Positions 41,833 to 54,715 are shown, numbered from the stretch's first letter. The stretch: DNA of 64,000 bases from Octopus vulgaris (GCA_951406725.2 OX597821.1:11532001-11596000), one strand, 5' to 3'. Numbers and translations: made by a program. Notes: generated from the letters alone by a model not told the origin.

Positions 41833-43409
41833 ATGAAGCAGGAATATCGTTATAGCAAATATTCTGCTCAATTCCACTGATTTGCTTCTCAGTTATTTGA
41901 CCTTAACCATTTGGGCATGCCCCTTAGTGGCTGACAATATGTGCACCTCTAATAACGAACAGGAGTAGTGGAAGATCGTCATGTGTGGAGAGGGATTCTT
42001 TGGGGTTTGGATAAACGTAGCAAAAGCAAAGCTTGAAGGAAATATTAGCCATTTTCATACTTTCTAGGGATAAGCAAATATGAAATAACAGTTGCTACCC
42101 AAGAACAAATATCGTGTTACACAGTGTAATTAGTTAAACCCAATTTGAGGAGGCTGAGTATTCCTACACCAAGCAAGATCCCAAAGCTCAGGAGAGAAAC
42201 CTGAGAGGTGCGATCCACTCGTATTATTATGATTTGAGTTTATGCAACTGAAAAGGCGGGGAGGATTTCGACGGAGAATACTTTAAATATTCAATGCAGT
42301 GAACATTAATAAGTTAATTAAAAATAATTTTGCGATAGAGAAAAACTAATATTAGTAAACGTCAAATATAATCTTAATCATTCAAACAAGCGCAGGATTG
42401 ATCTTCGGGCATGTTTAAGTCTAATTAGACATCATCACTGAAGCAGCTTGTTCCGCATATTGAGTTGAAATTTTCCTGTGATCAGGAATCAAGTGTTGAT
42501 TCAAAATGCTATAAACTTTATACACTTTATACGAATGTGATGATACACACTTTAAATATTTGCATTGATATAAAAACTCATTATTTGGTATTGTAAAGTA
42601 GGGACTGTAATTACAGAATCATGCATCAGAGAGTGTTTCATGCGACATCATATTATATGGTCTTCGAGCTGGAATTCCATAGGATTGCCCAATACGATCG
42701 CATCATACTCACTTCATCAAAGTAGTGAAATCATCATCATCATCATCATCATCATCTCTACTTTTATCAGGTCCCAGTATGATATCAAAATATGTCCATT
42801 GCATTCTTTCGCTTTACATACGGACAATCAGAAACAGAAAAGAGAGGAAATGGCCAAATTTTATCCCGTATTCGAAAAAATGAGCTGAAACACCGATCGA
42901 GACTTTTATCAACAGTTTTCGTGAATCTCATACCAGCAACAGATTTGGTGATATCTGGTTATGAACTCATGGTCTTTTGTATAATATTGTGTATTCAAAT
43001 AGAGAAAAATAGTGATTTCCACCAAAAGAAGAGAATTCTACCTGGTTGCCCTAATTGGTAGAAATAGTAATTAAATTCTAGCTACAATACCTCTGAAAAT
43101 CAATAAAATGGTATGTTTATAACTGAATTGCTTTTGCTCGAAGGTATCCTAAAGCAAAGCTAACAGGGGCCTAAATAATGAGGGCAGTACCACTAATAAT
43201 AAGAACAGTTAAAGAAACAAATACGAGGCCAGCTATATACACAAAGCATTGAAAATCACATCTGCAGCCACTTCTACAGATTTGAACTGAGGTACCTGAG
43301 GTACTACGCACAGAATAGAAGCAAATGAATAAACTTGGATACACGTGTTAGATACTTCCGTGTGCACATCGAATTCTACATATAGTATAACCCAAATAAT
43401 ATGCACAAT

Positions 43410-43598
43410 GCCTTCGCGAAATGCTAGATTGGGGGCCCAAACATCCGAGTTCTTTTACAGGGCTTAGAAAAACTGAACGACTGCTGCAAAAATATGTGAA
43501 ACTAAGAGGTGAATATGTTGACTAAAATCATAATTAACTGATCTCCTTGTATTATATTTTTTTTTTCCAAAACCAGGAAATTTTCAGCACCACCTCGT
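43410..43598 (+). mobile_element. Mariner 3' end with TIR
   Basis: Decayed C-terminus (VKLRGEYVD*) then CCAGGAAATTTTCAGCACCACCTCG followed by TA. Homologous to 2835-3030. Confidence 0.65.
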
Positions 43599-43885
43599 AT
43601 GTCAATCCTAATCTTCAGCTAGAGAAATATCAAAAGTAGTATTCATTTCAGGAGAGTTGATTAAAACAAGGTGAAATGACATACTTTGCTTTGGACCACA
43701 ACGCACTTCCTACTCTAGAATGGAAACCACAAATTCCTGATCGTGAACCAAAACAACTAGGCCTTGCACCATCATGAATTTAAACATATGCAACCATCCA
43801 TCCATAAATACACAACATCTATCTATGTATCTTCTCTCTCCCCCTCTCTCTCTCTATATATATATAGATATATAGATATACATGC

Positions 43886-44224
43886 TAAGACCCCCCCCCC
43901 GGTAATGACTGACCATGGGATTGCACCTAGAAAGTTACCCTCCCAGGCACAAGTCCGGGCAATGATGTTTATGGAAGACCAGCAGTCGCCCATGCATACC
44001 GGCCTCCCCTCGCCATGCCACCAGTGTTATCGAAGGAAAAGGTAAAGGCCTATACAGCTTGGAACATGTGACGCCGCAACTCATTTCTACAGCTGAGTGA
44101 ACTGGAGCAACGTGAAATAAAGCGTCGTGCTCAAGAACACAACACGTAGCCCGGTCCGGGATTCGAACTCACAACCTCACGATCGTAAGCTCGACGGTCT
44201 TACCACTGAGCCATGCGCCTTCAC
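43886..44224 (-). mobile_element. SINE family D, full length
   Basis: Minus-strand head GGCGCATGGCTCAGTGGTAAG...GAGTTCGAATCCC with A and B boxes. The tail is shared with 12985-13225 and 49635-49828. Confidence 0.85.
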
Positions 44225-44243
44225 TTATATACATACACACACG

Positions 44244-44274
<31 letters not shown>

Positions 44275-44364
44275 GTGTGTGTGTATGTACATACATATAT
44301 ATATATATCTGTGCCTGTATATATGTGCATGTAGTATATGTATGTATGTATATATGTATGTATG

Positions 44365-44405
<41 letters not shown>

Positions 44406-45552
44406 CTTAAAGTTTCAATATAGGTAGGATCAACAAAATTACTCTATCCCGTGAGAGATAAACAACATTTGATATACAGAATTAAAAGAGAGCTACTAAC
44501 TAACTTGTAAGATGCACATCAAAATATCATAACCACAAAGTTGGATAGCAATGTATGATATCTGAAGACCAAATGTACACTATATACAATCAAGTGGAGA
44601 ATCGTGGAAAAAACTTCGCTATATATAAATGAATTAAAGATATGCAAGTTATGTGTAGCTGAAATATAACCCAAAAATTCTACCACGCTACTTAATTCCA
44701 GATCCGAAATTTTTAACAAGTCTACGCACATATACAGGTTTCTTTTGTTGAACTGGAGGACACCACATGATCCGGACTGAGTAATTATCTCCCAGACTAT
44801 GGACTCCTTTCTTTTATATTGCTCTTCACCAGTTACATTAATTATGGTTTCTACAGTCTAAGAGGACAAAAATCTTGGTCTTCTTTACTTTTACTCTTTT
44901 TATTTTTGTATCAGCCTTCTTTGTGTTTTGTTACTCGTGCTTCCTTATAGTATTTACAAAGAGAACCTCTAATCACTCATACAAGCAATGTGTCCAGTCC
45001 AGCGTAATCGATGCTGGTCCACCAACGTATCAATACTCAGGAAGCTGACTCTCCTCAAGACCTCCGTGTCTGGAGTTTGCAAGAACAAGCCAATATTCAG
45101 AATGTGTCTGAGACATCTCTTATGCAAGCGTTCAAGGACTTGAACACGATGTCTGTAAAAGGCCCAGTTTTAACATACGTACGTACATACATACATACAT
45201 ACATACATACATACATACATACACGCACATACACACATACGCAGACACAACTTATATATCCCTGTGTATAAATGTATGCGTTTGTATGTGTGCATGTATG
45301 TTTAAATATAATTAAAACCTCTTGCAGTGTCCAGCACACAGCCCCCTAGGAATCAGAACTAGCATTTACACCACCCGTGAAATTTTGCGTACTTGAACGC
45401 GCGCGTATGCTTGACAAAGAGAGAGGTGGGAGAGTATAGTACCGTATTATGCATATGTAAAGTTGCACGAAACAACACAGATGTATACACGTAGGCGTGT
45501 ATATATGTATGTATGCACGTATGTATATATATATATATACATACACGTTGGC

Positions 45553-45595
<43 letters not shown>

Positions 45596-46300
45596 TATAT
45601 AAATACATGTATGCATGTACGTATGTATGCATGTATGTATGGACGTACGTGTATGTGTGCTTAGGTGTCTCTGATAATTGTATTTAAAGTGAGAGAGGTT
45701 TTAAAAGTGAGTGATATGGAAAAAAGTAATGTGAGAGAAAGAGAAAGAGAAAGAGAAAGTGAGGGGGAGAGAGATAGAGAAATACGTGGTTATAAATTAC
45801 ATTAAATGATACAATGAAAAAACTTAACACGTAAAACAATGTAAATCTTCTGTAAAAAAAAAACAACAAAAAAAACAATTACAATACAAAGAAAACTGAA
45901 ACAAGAAATTTGGTATTGTTTTATATATGGAAGAAATCCGTGTTATTTGAATTTAACTAACAGCCAAGTGATTCCGTTATCATGTTTAAATGTTCAGAAT
46001 CTGCATTGCCTTTTAGCCATTTGCTGAACATTTCTGTACAACTAATTTCAATTTTGTAATATTGGAAAATATTTTTTCTACTTCTCATTCACTAAATTAC
46101 TAAATATTCGTATAGTAGGTTCTTATTCTTTTTAATTATTGACATAGCATGTCATTTTTGCTCTCCTTTTACATTCCATCAAGTAGACTAACTCAGAATT
46201 TCTCACTATTTTTTTTATTTTTTGGAGGTGGTGAGATATGTGGAATCAGTTAGTTATTGTACTCACTAAAGGCTAAAAGTTCAAATCCTATAAAAGTTTA

Positions 46301-46485
46301 CACTTCTATGTTTAAGAGATGAGGAATTATCTGCATTATTTACATACAAGGGATATTTGTCCTCATCTTGTTTGTTATTAACACAACGTTTCGGCTGATA
46401 TACACTCCAGCCTTCTTCAGGTGTCTTGGAAAAATTTCGAACCTGGGTTCTCATTCCTAAGGTATATTTTTCGATGTTGTTATTG

Positions 46486-46524
<39 letters not shown>

Positions 46525-46616
46525 TTACTGCTTGGAATCGAACTTGGAATCTTGGGGTTAGTAGCCCACGCTCTTAACCACAACGCCATATGCCCACGGT
46601 CATATGGCGTAGTGGT
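46301..46616 (-). mobile_element. tRNA-headed element with an (AAT)n linker and a hammerhead-bearing tail, 12-bp TSD
   Basis: TSD TATAAAAGTTTA at 46289-46300 and 46617-46628. Head at 46521-46595 has A box TGGCGTTGTGG and B box GTTCGATTC. An inverted copy of the head tip sits at 46598-46618. Confidence 0.8.
46381..46424 (-). ncRNA. Minimal type I hammerhead ribozyme motif
   Basis: Minus strand: ACAC-CTGAAGA-A-GGCTG(loop)CAGCC-GAAA-CG-TT-GTGT. Confidence 0.8.
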
Positions 46617-46659
46617 TATAAAAGTTTAATATTCTGTATTTTGTTTATCAAAATGCCTG

Positions 46660-47430
46660 AGGCGACGATCTGGTAAAATCTTAGTACGCCGGACAAAATG
46701 CTCAGCCACATTTCTTCCGTTTAAGTTCTGATTTCCGCAAAGGTTGACTTTGCATTTCAACATTTAGTTAAATTTAGTATCAACACTGAAGTCATGGACA
46801 AGCCCGTTCCGCAAAATTTGAGGCCTTGGGCTTATAGTATAAAGTTTTATAAACGTGCCCGAAGTGGCGAACTGGCAAAATCTTTAGCATTCAGGACAAA
46901 AAAATTAACGACATTTCTTCTGTCGAACATTCTAAGTTCAACTCCCACCGAGGTTAGCCTTCCTGTCATAATTTAGGGATCGTTAAAATGATACACAATG
47001 AAGTACTGGAGTTGATATTATCGATTAACTGAATGCGGAGATCTAGCAGAATCGTTAGTACGCCGGGCGAAACTCTTATGTGTATTTCGGCAGTCGTTAT
47101 GTTCGGAGTTCAAATTCTGCCGAGGTCGACTTTGCCTTTCATCCTTCCGGGATCGATAAATTTAGTACCAGTTACGAACTGGGATCGATCTAATCGACTG
47201 GCTCCCTCTCCAAAAATGTCACGCCTTGTTCCTAGAGTATAAAAGAATCGTTAGATCCCCAGGCGAAATGCTTAGCTGTATTTCGGCAGTTCTGAGTTCA
47301 AATTCCGGCGAGTTCAAATTCATCCTTCTGCAGTCGATAAATTAAGTACCAGTTAAGTACTGGGGTCGATTTAATCGACTACCCCTTCCCCAAACTTTCA
47401 GGCCTGATGCCTATGGTAGAAAGGATTTTG
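46660..47430 (+). mobile_element. Cluster of four same-orientation SINE family A copies
   Basis: Heads or cores at ~46660, ~46862, ~47034 and ~47245. The first two are strongly decayed. Confidence 0.75.
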
Positions 47431-47997
47431 TCGATTAACTCCCTTCCCCTTTTTTGTCGATTAACTCCCTAAAAATACTGAATTTGCATCAAAATTTGAA
47501 TTTAAAGAAGCTTTATGTCCCCTTTATTAGTATTAATGTTTAATGTAATAGACAGAGTGTATGTCATAAGCAAATTTTGATAATTTGAATCTGAATATGT
47601 TTTTTGTTCAAAAGCTGCAACAGATATAGTTTGGAAATTATATTTATAAGTAATGTACCGTTACACACTTTTATCTACATAATGATAGATTAATCTCTGC
47701 CCATGAGAGGCTTCATTGAATCTTCATCTCTGCAATTAATGATCAAAAATCTAATTGTTCAGATGTCGAAGCTGTTTAAAGATAAAATGTCGTGGAACCC
47801 AATATTATTTTGATAAACGCATATACTAAACTTGTGAAAGAGTTAGGCATCTAGGTATAGGACTAAGTTTGAAATCTAGTCAAATTTAAGCATTAAGAAT
47901 TACTCCCACCCCACCCTGTTATCTATTAGCGCATGTTTCAACATCTTTACATGCGTGTACATGTGCTGGGATATGGCAGAATCATGAGAACCTCTGA

Positions 47998-48791
47998 GTG
48001 ACAATCTTGCAGTATTTTTTCAACTTTTTACGTTCGAATCTCGACGAAGTGATATTGGCTTTGTAATTCTTTGCATCTATAAAATAAAGTAACTGTCATC
48101 AGTTAAAGTCTTAGATTATTATTTGTGAATATAAGACAAATTCAGCATTCCAAATTTATGTATAAACCGTGCTGGTATCATGTTCTCTAACATGCATAGT
48201 GTGGAAGAATTTCCATGATGAAAAGCATTTCAATGCTTCTGTTTTTAGATATTGTATCTTTTTTATTGTCGTAGCTCTTAGTATTTTATTTTTACATCGT
48301 GGCTTGTTGTTGTAGCATTAGTTTTTATGTCGTTACATGTTTTGGAATTACGTAAAAAATAAACAAATACGGTAAAGATACAACATAGAATTGTACGTGG
48401 TATGTGTAGACAGATGTATGATGTATTTATAAGTTATTTTTATTTTTCTATTTCTAAATTTTGATTTCGCTTTCGTTAAAGTTTATTGAAACCATTAGAA
48501 GAAAAAAATAAAACTCGATATATAAATTTAATACATAGCAACATGCTCAATTCACAGATGTATACATATACAGGGATGTACAAATACATATACAAACCTA
48601 TGCGCACACGCAAGCACACACACACATATACACACATACACGCACAAATATATGTATATATTTGTGTGAATGTATAAATAAATTAACGTGTACATGTGAC
48701 AATCTTGCAGTATTTTTTCAACTTTTTACGTTCGAATCTCGACGAAGTGATATTGGCTTTGTAATTCTTTGCATCTATAAAATAAAGTAAC
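47998..48791. repeat. ~96-bp direct repeat (47998-48093 and 48696-48791) of a decayed family A SINE
   Basis: The two blocks GTGACAATCTTGCAG...AAATAAAGTAAC appear identical by eye. Confidence 0.85.
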
Positions 48792-48927
48792 AGTCACGTA
48801 CAGAAGTTATTTTAATCGACTCATCCCCTGCTCTCAGATTTCTTGCGTGGTACCTATGTTAGAAATAGTTATGAAAACAATTGAAAGTTTAGCCATACTA
48901 AATTTGATTAATATTATTTTGAGGCGT

Positions 48928-49828
48928 GTGGAGGCGCAATGGCCCAGTGGCTAGGGCAGCAGACTAACGACCGTAGGATCGCGGTTTCGATTCCCAGACC
49001 GGGCATTGTGAGTGTTTATTGAGCGAAAACACCTAAAGCCCTACGAGGCTCCGGCAGTGGGTGGTGGTGAACCCCGCTGTACTCTTTCTCCACAGTTTTC
49101 TCTCACTCTTTCTTCCTGTTTCTGTTGTACCTGTATTTCAAAGAGCCGGCCTTGTCACACTCTGTGTCACGCTAAATATCCCCGTTAAGTGTACACTCTT
49201 TTACTTGTTTCAGTCATTTGACTGCGGCCATACTGGAGCACCGCCTTTAATCGAGCAACTCGACCCCGGGACTTATTTTTTTGTAAGTCCAGTACTTATT
49301 CTATCGGTCTCTTTTGCCGAACCGCTAAGTAACGGGGACATAAACACACCAGCATCGGTTGTCAAGCAATGCTAGGGGGACAAACACACTCACACAAACA
49401 CACATACGTATATCTATATATATACATATATACAACGGGCTTCTTTCAGTTTCCGTCTACCAAATCCACTCACAAGGCTTTGGTAGGCCCGAGGCTATAG
49501 TAGAAGAGACTTGCCCAAACTGCCACGCAGTGGGACTGAACCCGGAACCATGTGGTTGGTAAACAAGCTACTTACCACACAGCCACTCCTGCGCCTCGTG
49601 TCTATGGAGTGCTCAGCTACTTCCATGTTAATAAATGAGCTGCGACGACACTAGTGCCAAGCTGTATAGGTCTTTGTCTTTCCCTTAGATAACATCGGTG
49701 GCGGGGAGAGGGAGGCTGGTATGCGTGGGCGACTGCTGGTCTTCCATAAGCAACCTTGCCCAGACGTGCGCTTTGGAGGGTAACTTTCTCGGAGCAATCC
49801 CATGGTCATTCATGACCGAAGGGTGTCA
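48928..49828 (+). mobile_element. SINE family C copy split by an antisense SINE B and continuing into a family D tail
   Basis: The C body breaks at GTACAC (49196) and resumes at CGTGTCTATGGAGTGCTCAG (49597). It switches to the D-type tail at ~49635. Confidence 0.8.
49197..49596 (-). mobile_element. SINE family B, full length, nested
   Basis: Near reverse complement of 50359-50757. Confidence 0.9.
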
Positions 49829-49849
49829 CAACAATTTTGAGTTGTATTC

Positions 49850-50045
49850 CTCAGCATACCCGATAAAATGCTTAACGACATTTCCTTCATCTTGACGCTC
49901 TGAGTTCAAATATCTGCTGAAGTCGACTCTGTAGTTTATCCTTTCGGGGTCGATAAAATAAGTACCAGTCAGGCATTAGGCTCGACATAATCGACTAGTC
50001 TCCTCACCCAGAATGTCACGTTTTGTGTCTGTGGTAGAAAGAATT
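49850..50045 (+). mobile_element. SINE family A (degenerate)
   Basis: GAGTTCAAAT B box and ATCCTTTCGGGGTCGATAAAATAAGTACCAG core. Confidence 0.75.
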
Positions 50046-50358
50046 ATTATTATTGTTATGCTTTCGTATTGCTTCGATTTATAGGAGTTGTACCATAATC
50101 TCAACTAGAGACGTCAGGGGACAACAAGGTTTTGCATCTGCAGATTCTATCAGTTGAGGTGCCATGCAGCTTAAAACACTGTCATCTGTGGCAGGAAGAA
50201 AAAACACAGAGTGATTCAGGTCGCATTTACATGGAGCGGAATTTACTTAGAATATGTGAAGTAAAACTCAGAAGAAAAGGAATTAGTAATTCCTGTTGCA
50301 GGATTATACAGTACGGCAACTGAGTGAACTGGAGTAAGAAGAAATGAAGTAATTTTAT

Positions 50359-50757
50359 AGGCGAAAGGTGTGGCTGTGTGGTAAGTAGCTTGTTTACCAA
50401 CCACATGGTTCCGGGTTCAGTCCCACTGCGTGGCACCTTGGGCAAGTGTCTTCTACTATAGCCTCGGGCCGACCAAAGCCTTGTGAGTGGATTTGGTAGA
50501 TGGAAACTGAAAGAAGCTCGTCGTATATATGTATATATATATATATGTATGTGTGTGTGTCTGTGTTTATCCCCCTAGCATTGCTTGACAACCGATGCTG
50601 GTGTGTTTATGTCCCCGTTACTTAGCGGTTCGGCAAAAGAGACCGATAGAATAAGTACTGGGCTTACAAAAGAATAAGTCCCGGGGTCAAGTTGCTCGAT
50701 TAAAGGCGGTGCTCCAGCATGGCCGCAGTCAAATGACTGAAACAAGTAAAAGAGTAA
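50359..50757 (+). mobile_element. SINE family B, full length
   Basis: Complete head, internal microsatellite and 3' end. Confidence 0.9.
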
Positions 50758-50990
50758 CGAGATCAGGTTGGTTTGCGTGTATTTCCCGATCTGTCGTAAC
50801 CTCGGCATTCTAGGCAAATTGTGATGGATTGTGTTCCCAACAATAGATTTTGTTAGGAAGGTTGTATGTGCGACATATTGACCAGTGTATGTACTGAGCC
50901 GTCTTGTCATGCTTTGCAAGTATTATGTTGGTGCCAGTCTGCTGCGCCCAGAGATTGTGGTTGATTGTCTCTCGTTGCCTTTCTCATAAA
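50758..50990 (-). pseudogene. R4/Dong-like non-LTR fragment: zinc knuckle plus restriction-like endonuclease
   Basis: Manual translation with frameshifts gives ETINH-ISG(R)SRLA..Y..HDKTAQYIHWSICRTY...TDREIHANQPDL, matching the RHD..IHW..PD signature of RLE-type elements. Confidence 0.7.
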
Positions 50991-51202
50991 AATTAGCAGG
51001 GAGATGAAAAATGTGAGGGCAAAATATCTTATTAAAATATTTCGATATTGTCAAAATGATCTTTTCACTCACTGCGCCTTAGTAATCTGTCTGTCTCTCA
51101 CTTTATATATATTATATATGCTTGGGTGTCTGTATGAGTGTGCGTATATGTGTGTGTAAGTGTGTGGTGATGTGTGTATGTATGTGTATTCGAGTGTTTA
51201 TG

Positions 51203-51276
<74 letters not shown>

Positions 51277-51296
51277 ATATATATATATATATACAT

Positions 51297-51581
<285 letters not shown>

Positions 51582-51604
51582 ATATATATATATGTATATG
51601 TATG

Positions 51605-51712
<108 letters not shown>

Positions 51713-51947
51713 AAAATGCTTATTTCTAATTTCCACAAATGGGGCTCCAGGCACGACAAACCCTACTCCTATGGAACTATTTTAGGGGTGCGCATGGCAA
51801 AATTTTGGAGGGAAGATTTATGAATTCAAGCGTCTATGTAGGTTTAGCCTTTGCTCGCTTTCTTCAAATATTTTGATGTCGCATGGTCAGAAGGTTTGAG
51901 GTACGTAGCATTTGATAAATCTATGATAAATCTATTTCAATGGAAAG

Positions 51948-52060
51948 CTGTGCTGAAGAAGGATGTGAAATATATATGCAATATATATGAAATATATATC
52001 AAAAGTATATATGAAATATATATTCAATATGTTTATAATCCAGAAACATGATGTTCACAG
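51948..52060 (+). ncRNA. Type I hammerhead motif with an enlarged stem II (copy 1)
   Basis: CTGTG-CTGAAGA-A-GGAT[~73 nt AT-rich]ATCC-A-GAAA-CATGATG-TT-CACAG. Confidence 0.65.
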
Positions 52061-52599
52061 ATAACCACCAGACTTCGTTTTCGAATATCTATTCCTTCTG
52101 TTTTGCATATGTGAATTACAGGGTTTGTCGTGCCTGGAGCCCCATTTGTGGAAATTAGAAATAAGCATTTTTGACTGCTATTTCTACTTTTTTCGGTATG
52201 CGGTCAAGCAACCTGTTGCCTGTCCCTTTTTCTTATATACAATATATATACTGAACTTTACAGAAGTTCCTGCCGGTAATCGGCTATATTTACATACCGA
52301 ATTCTACCAGTAAATAATTGTGGTCTTTTTTTAAAAACCATTATAGAAATTATTTACCCTTATTATTATATTACTAATTGGATTTTTCACTCCCTTACGA
52401 CAACCCAATAGTTTCAACTCCTATGGAACTATTTTTGTGGTGCGCATGGCAAAGTTTTGGAGGGAAGATTTATGAATTCAAACGTCTATGTAGGTTTAGC
52501 CTTTGTTCGCTTTCTTCAAATATTTTGATGTCGCATGGTCAGAAGGTTTGAGGTACGTAGCATTTGATAAATCTATGATAAATCTATTTCAATGGAAAG

Positions 52600-52712
52600 C
52601 TGTGCTGAAGAAGGATGTGAAATATATATGCAATATATATGAAATATATATCAAAAGTATATATGAAATATATATTCAATATGTTTATAATCCAGAAACA
52701 TGATGTTCACAG
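52600..52712 (+). ncRNA. Type I hammerhead motif with an enlarged stem II (copy 2)
   Basis: Same motif, 652 bp downstream of copy 1. Confidence 0.65.
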
Positions 52713-53035
52713 ATAACCACCAGACTTCGTTTTCGAATATCTATTCCTTCTGTTTTGCATATGTGAATTACAGGGTTTGTCGTGCCTGGAGCCCCATTTG
52801 TGGAAATTAGAAATAAGCATTTTTGACTGCTATTTCTACTTTTTTCGGTATGCGGTCAAGCAACCTGTTGCCTGTCCCTTTTTCTTATATACAATATATA
52901 TACTGAACTTTACAGAAGTTCCTGCCGGTAATCGGCTATATTTACATACCGAATTCTACCAGTAAATAATTGTGGCCTTTTTTTAAAAACCATTATAGAA
53001 ATTATTTACCCTTATTATTATATATATATATATAT

Positions 53036-53245
53036 AGGGAGATGTGCTTGCATAGCAAGTGATTTGATCTGAGATCGTGTGCTGGAACGAAAACAATTGC
53101 AGCGTGGAAGGTGTTTGTAAGCCATTTAAGAAACACACAAATGCCGTTTGATTCACTTCAACATTTAAGTTTAATTTGTCAAAATATTTTCGTCGCTATA
53201 AGACCGTGACCTGTTCACTGACAAAAATCTGTGCTGCACCTGAGA
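53036..53245 (-). mobile_element. (TA)n-anchored element with a variant hammerhead fold (53175-53225)
   Basis: Minus strand: TTTGTCA-GTGAACA-G-GTCAC...GCGAC-GAAA-ATAT-TT-TGACAAA. It has a 7-bp stem I and palindromic stem III but a non-canonical core. Confidence 0.5.
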
Positions 53246-53700
53246 AAGTAAGAGTTAGTTCGTTATATATATGTACGTATTTATGTATGTATGTATGTAT
53301 ACACGCATGTATGCATGCATGTATGTATGTATGTACGTACGTACGCCTGTGTGTATGTATGTATGTATGTGTGTGTGTGTATATGCACGCACATACACAC
53401 TATAAACTTAAAGCTATAAACCTGTAGTGATGGATAGATGTAGACTGACCACTCATCACATCAATATCAAATTTCAACCTCACCCGCCGAAACTAGGAAG
53501 TGATTTACGGCCCTCACCCCCAAGACAAAACTCTAAGACCTATTACCAGACATTTATCTCTATATCACAAAACTTTTCTTTTACTATTACTTACCAATTT
53601 TTTTTCTTTTCTTTTCTCCCTATATATATATTTATATATACATATACACACACACACACACACACACACGCACGCACACACACACATATATATATATATA

Positions 53701-54650
53701 CAGGGTGCGATAGGTAAATTGTCACCATCTTATCATTTTGATTTCTTGTATGTGCATTGTTAGTTTTCGATTTTGTAGACTACGCAGTATGGCGCACCGT
53801 CTGTGAGAAAAACACCCCTATGACGCAATTCAGTCAGTTAGAAATGTTAGAAAACGACATGATGTGCTGCTTGGCATTTTCACCGGAAGTTCAAATATGA
53901 ACATTTCAGACTGTTTGGATGTGATTCTGGGGAAAATGCAGAGGATTCGCAAAGAGTTGGATGAGTCTAATGCTGATTACGAAGGTTCGGCATCTCGAAA
54001 AACCCACTCTGATCGTTCTGCCAAGAAAAGAACTCCTGGATTCGTTACTAAGATCCAGGCCATGATTAACAACGACCCCTCCAAGTAAAATCAGGTCCAT
54101 CAACAGGGACATAGGAGTGTCTGAGTTTCTTATCAGCATGAAGACATTCGGTATTTCTCAAGGTGAGAAAGGTCCAATTTTTATGCTAAGCTGTAAAGGG
54201 CAAGAGGAAAGTCCGTTCTTTTGAAGCTTTTGAAGAAACTCAACCATCCCCTCCAACCAAACATAAGTTAGCGTTTATCAGGCGAGAAAAATTTCTGTCA
54301 GGATCAGATGGTGAACACACAGAACATCTGTTGGCTTGCTGTGCCACCAAAACATATACCTAGAGTGGTGAAAATCAAACATCCAGTCAACATCATGGTG
54401 TTTGGAGTGATCACTAGTGATGGTGACGTTATGTTTCCATTCGTATTCCCACACGACTTCAGACTCAACAAGGAGGCTTACATCAAATGCCCGGAGGAAA
54501 TAGTGCTGCCTTGGGTCAAGAGGGAGGCTGCTGGAAGACCTTATGTCTAGCAACAGGACTCTGCATCATGCCACACAAGCAGGAGAACACAGTCATGTCT
54601 GTCAGACAATTTCTGCGACCACATCATCCCTAACATCTGGCCACCTAACC
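53701..54650 (+). mobile_element. Decayed DD37D (maT) transposon, 3'-truncated
   Basis: TA then TIR CAGGGTGCGATAGGTAAATTGTCACCAT. Transposase remnants KHPVNIMVFGVITSDG...AYIK...[14 protein letters not shown]...IWPPN. Combining both copies gives 37 residues between the second and third Asp. Confidence 0.85.
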
Positions 54651-54669
54651 ACTAGGCCATTGTCCCTCC

Positions 54670-54715
<46 letters not shown>

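Larger units (their letters stand above)
51713..53021 (+). mobile_element. Non-coding 652-bp tandem unit (~1.9 copies) with a hammerhead per unit and a 52-bp inverted terminal segment; retrozyme/Penelope pLTR-like
   Basis: Units start at 51765 and 52417. Segment 51713-51764 is the exact reverse complement of 52120-52171. (TA)n lies on both flanks. Confidence 0.8.

Noticed and set aside
43886-44224. Genuine tRNA genes at SINE heads (families A-D and 46521-46595)
   Set aside because: A and B boxes are present, but acceptor stems do not close and the heads run into repeat bodies.
51851-52965. Duplicated 66-aa and 62-aa ORFs as a two-gene cassette
   Set aside because: Both begin at TTG, have no recognisable motifs and simply reflect the tandem non-coding unit.
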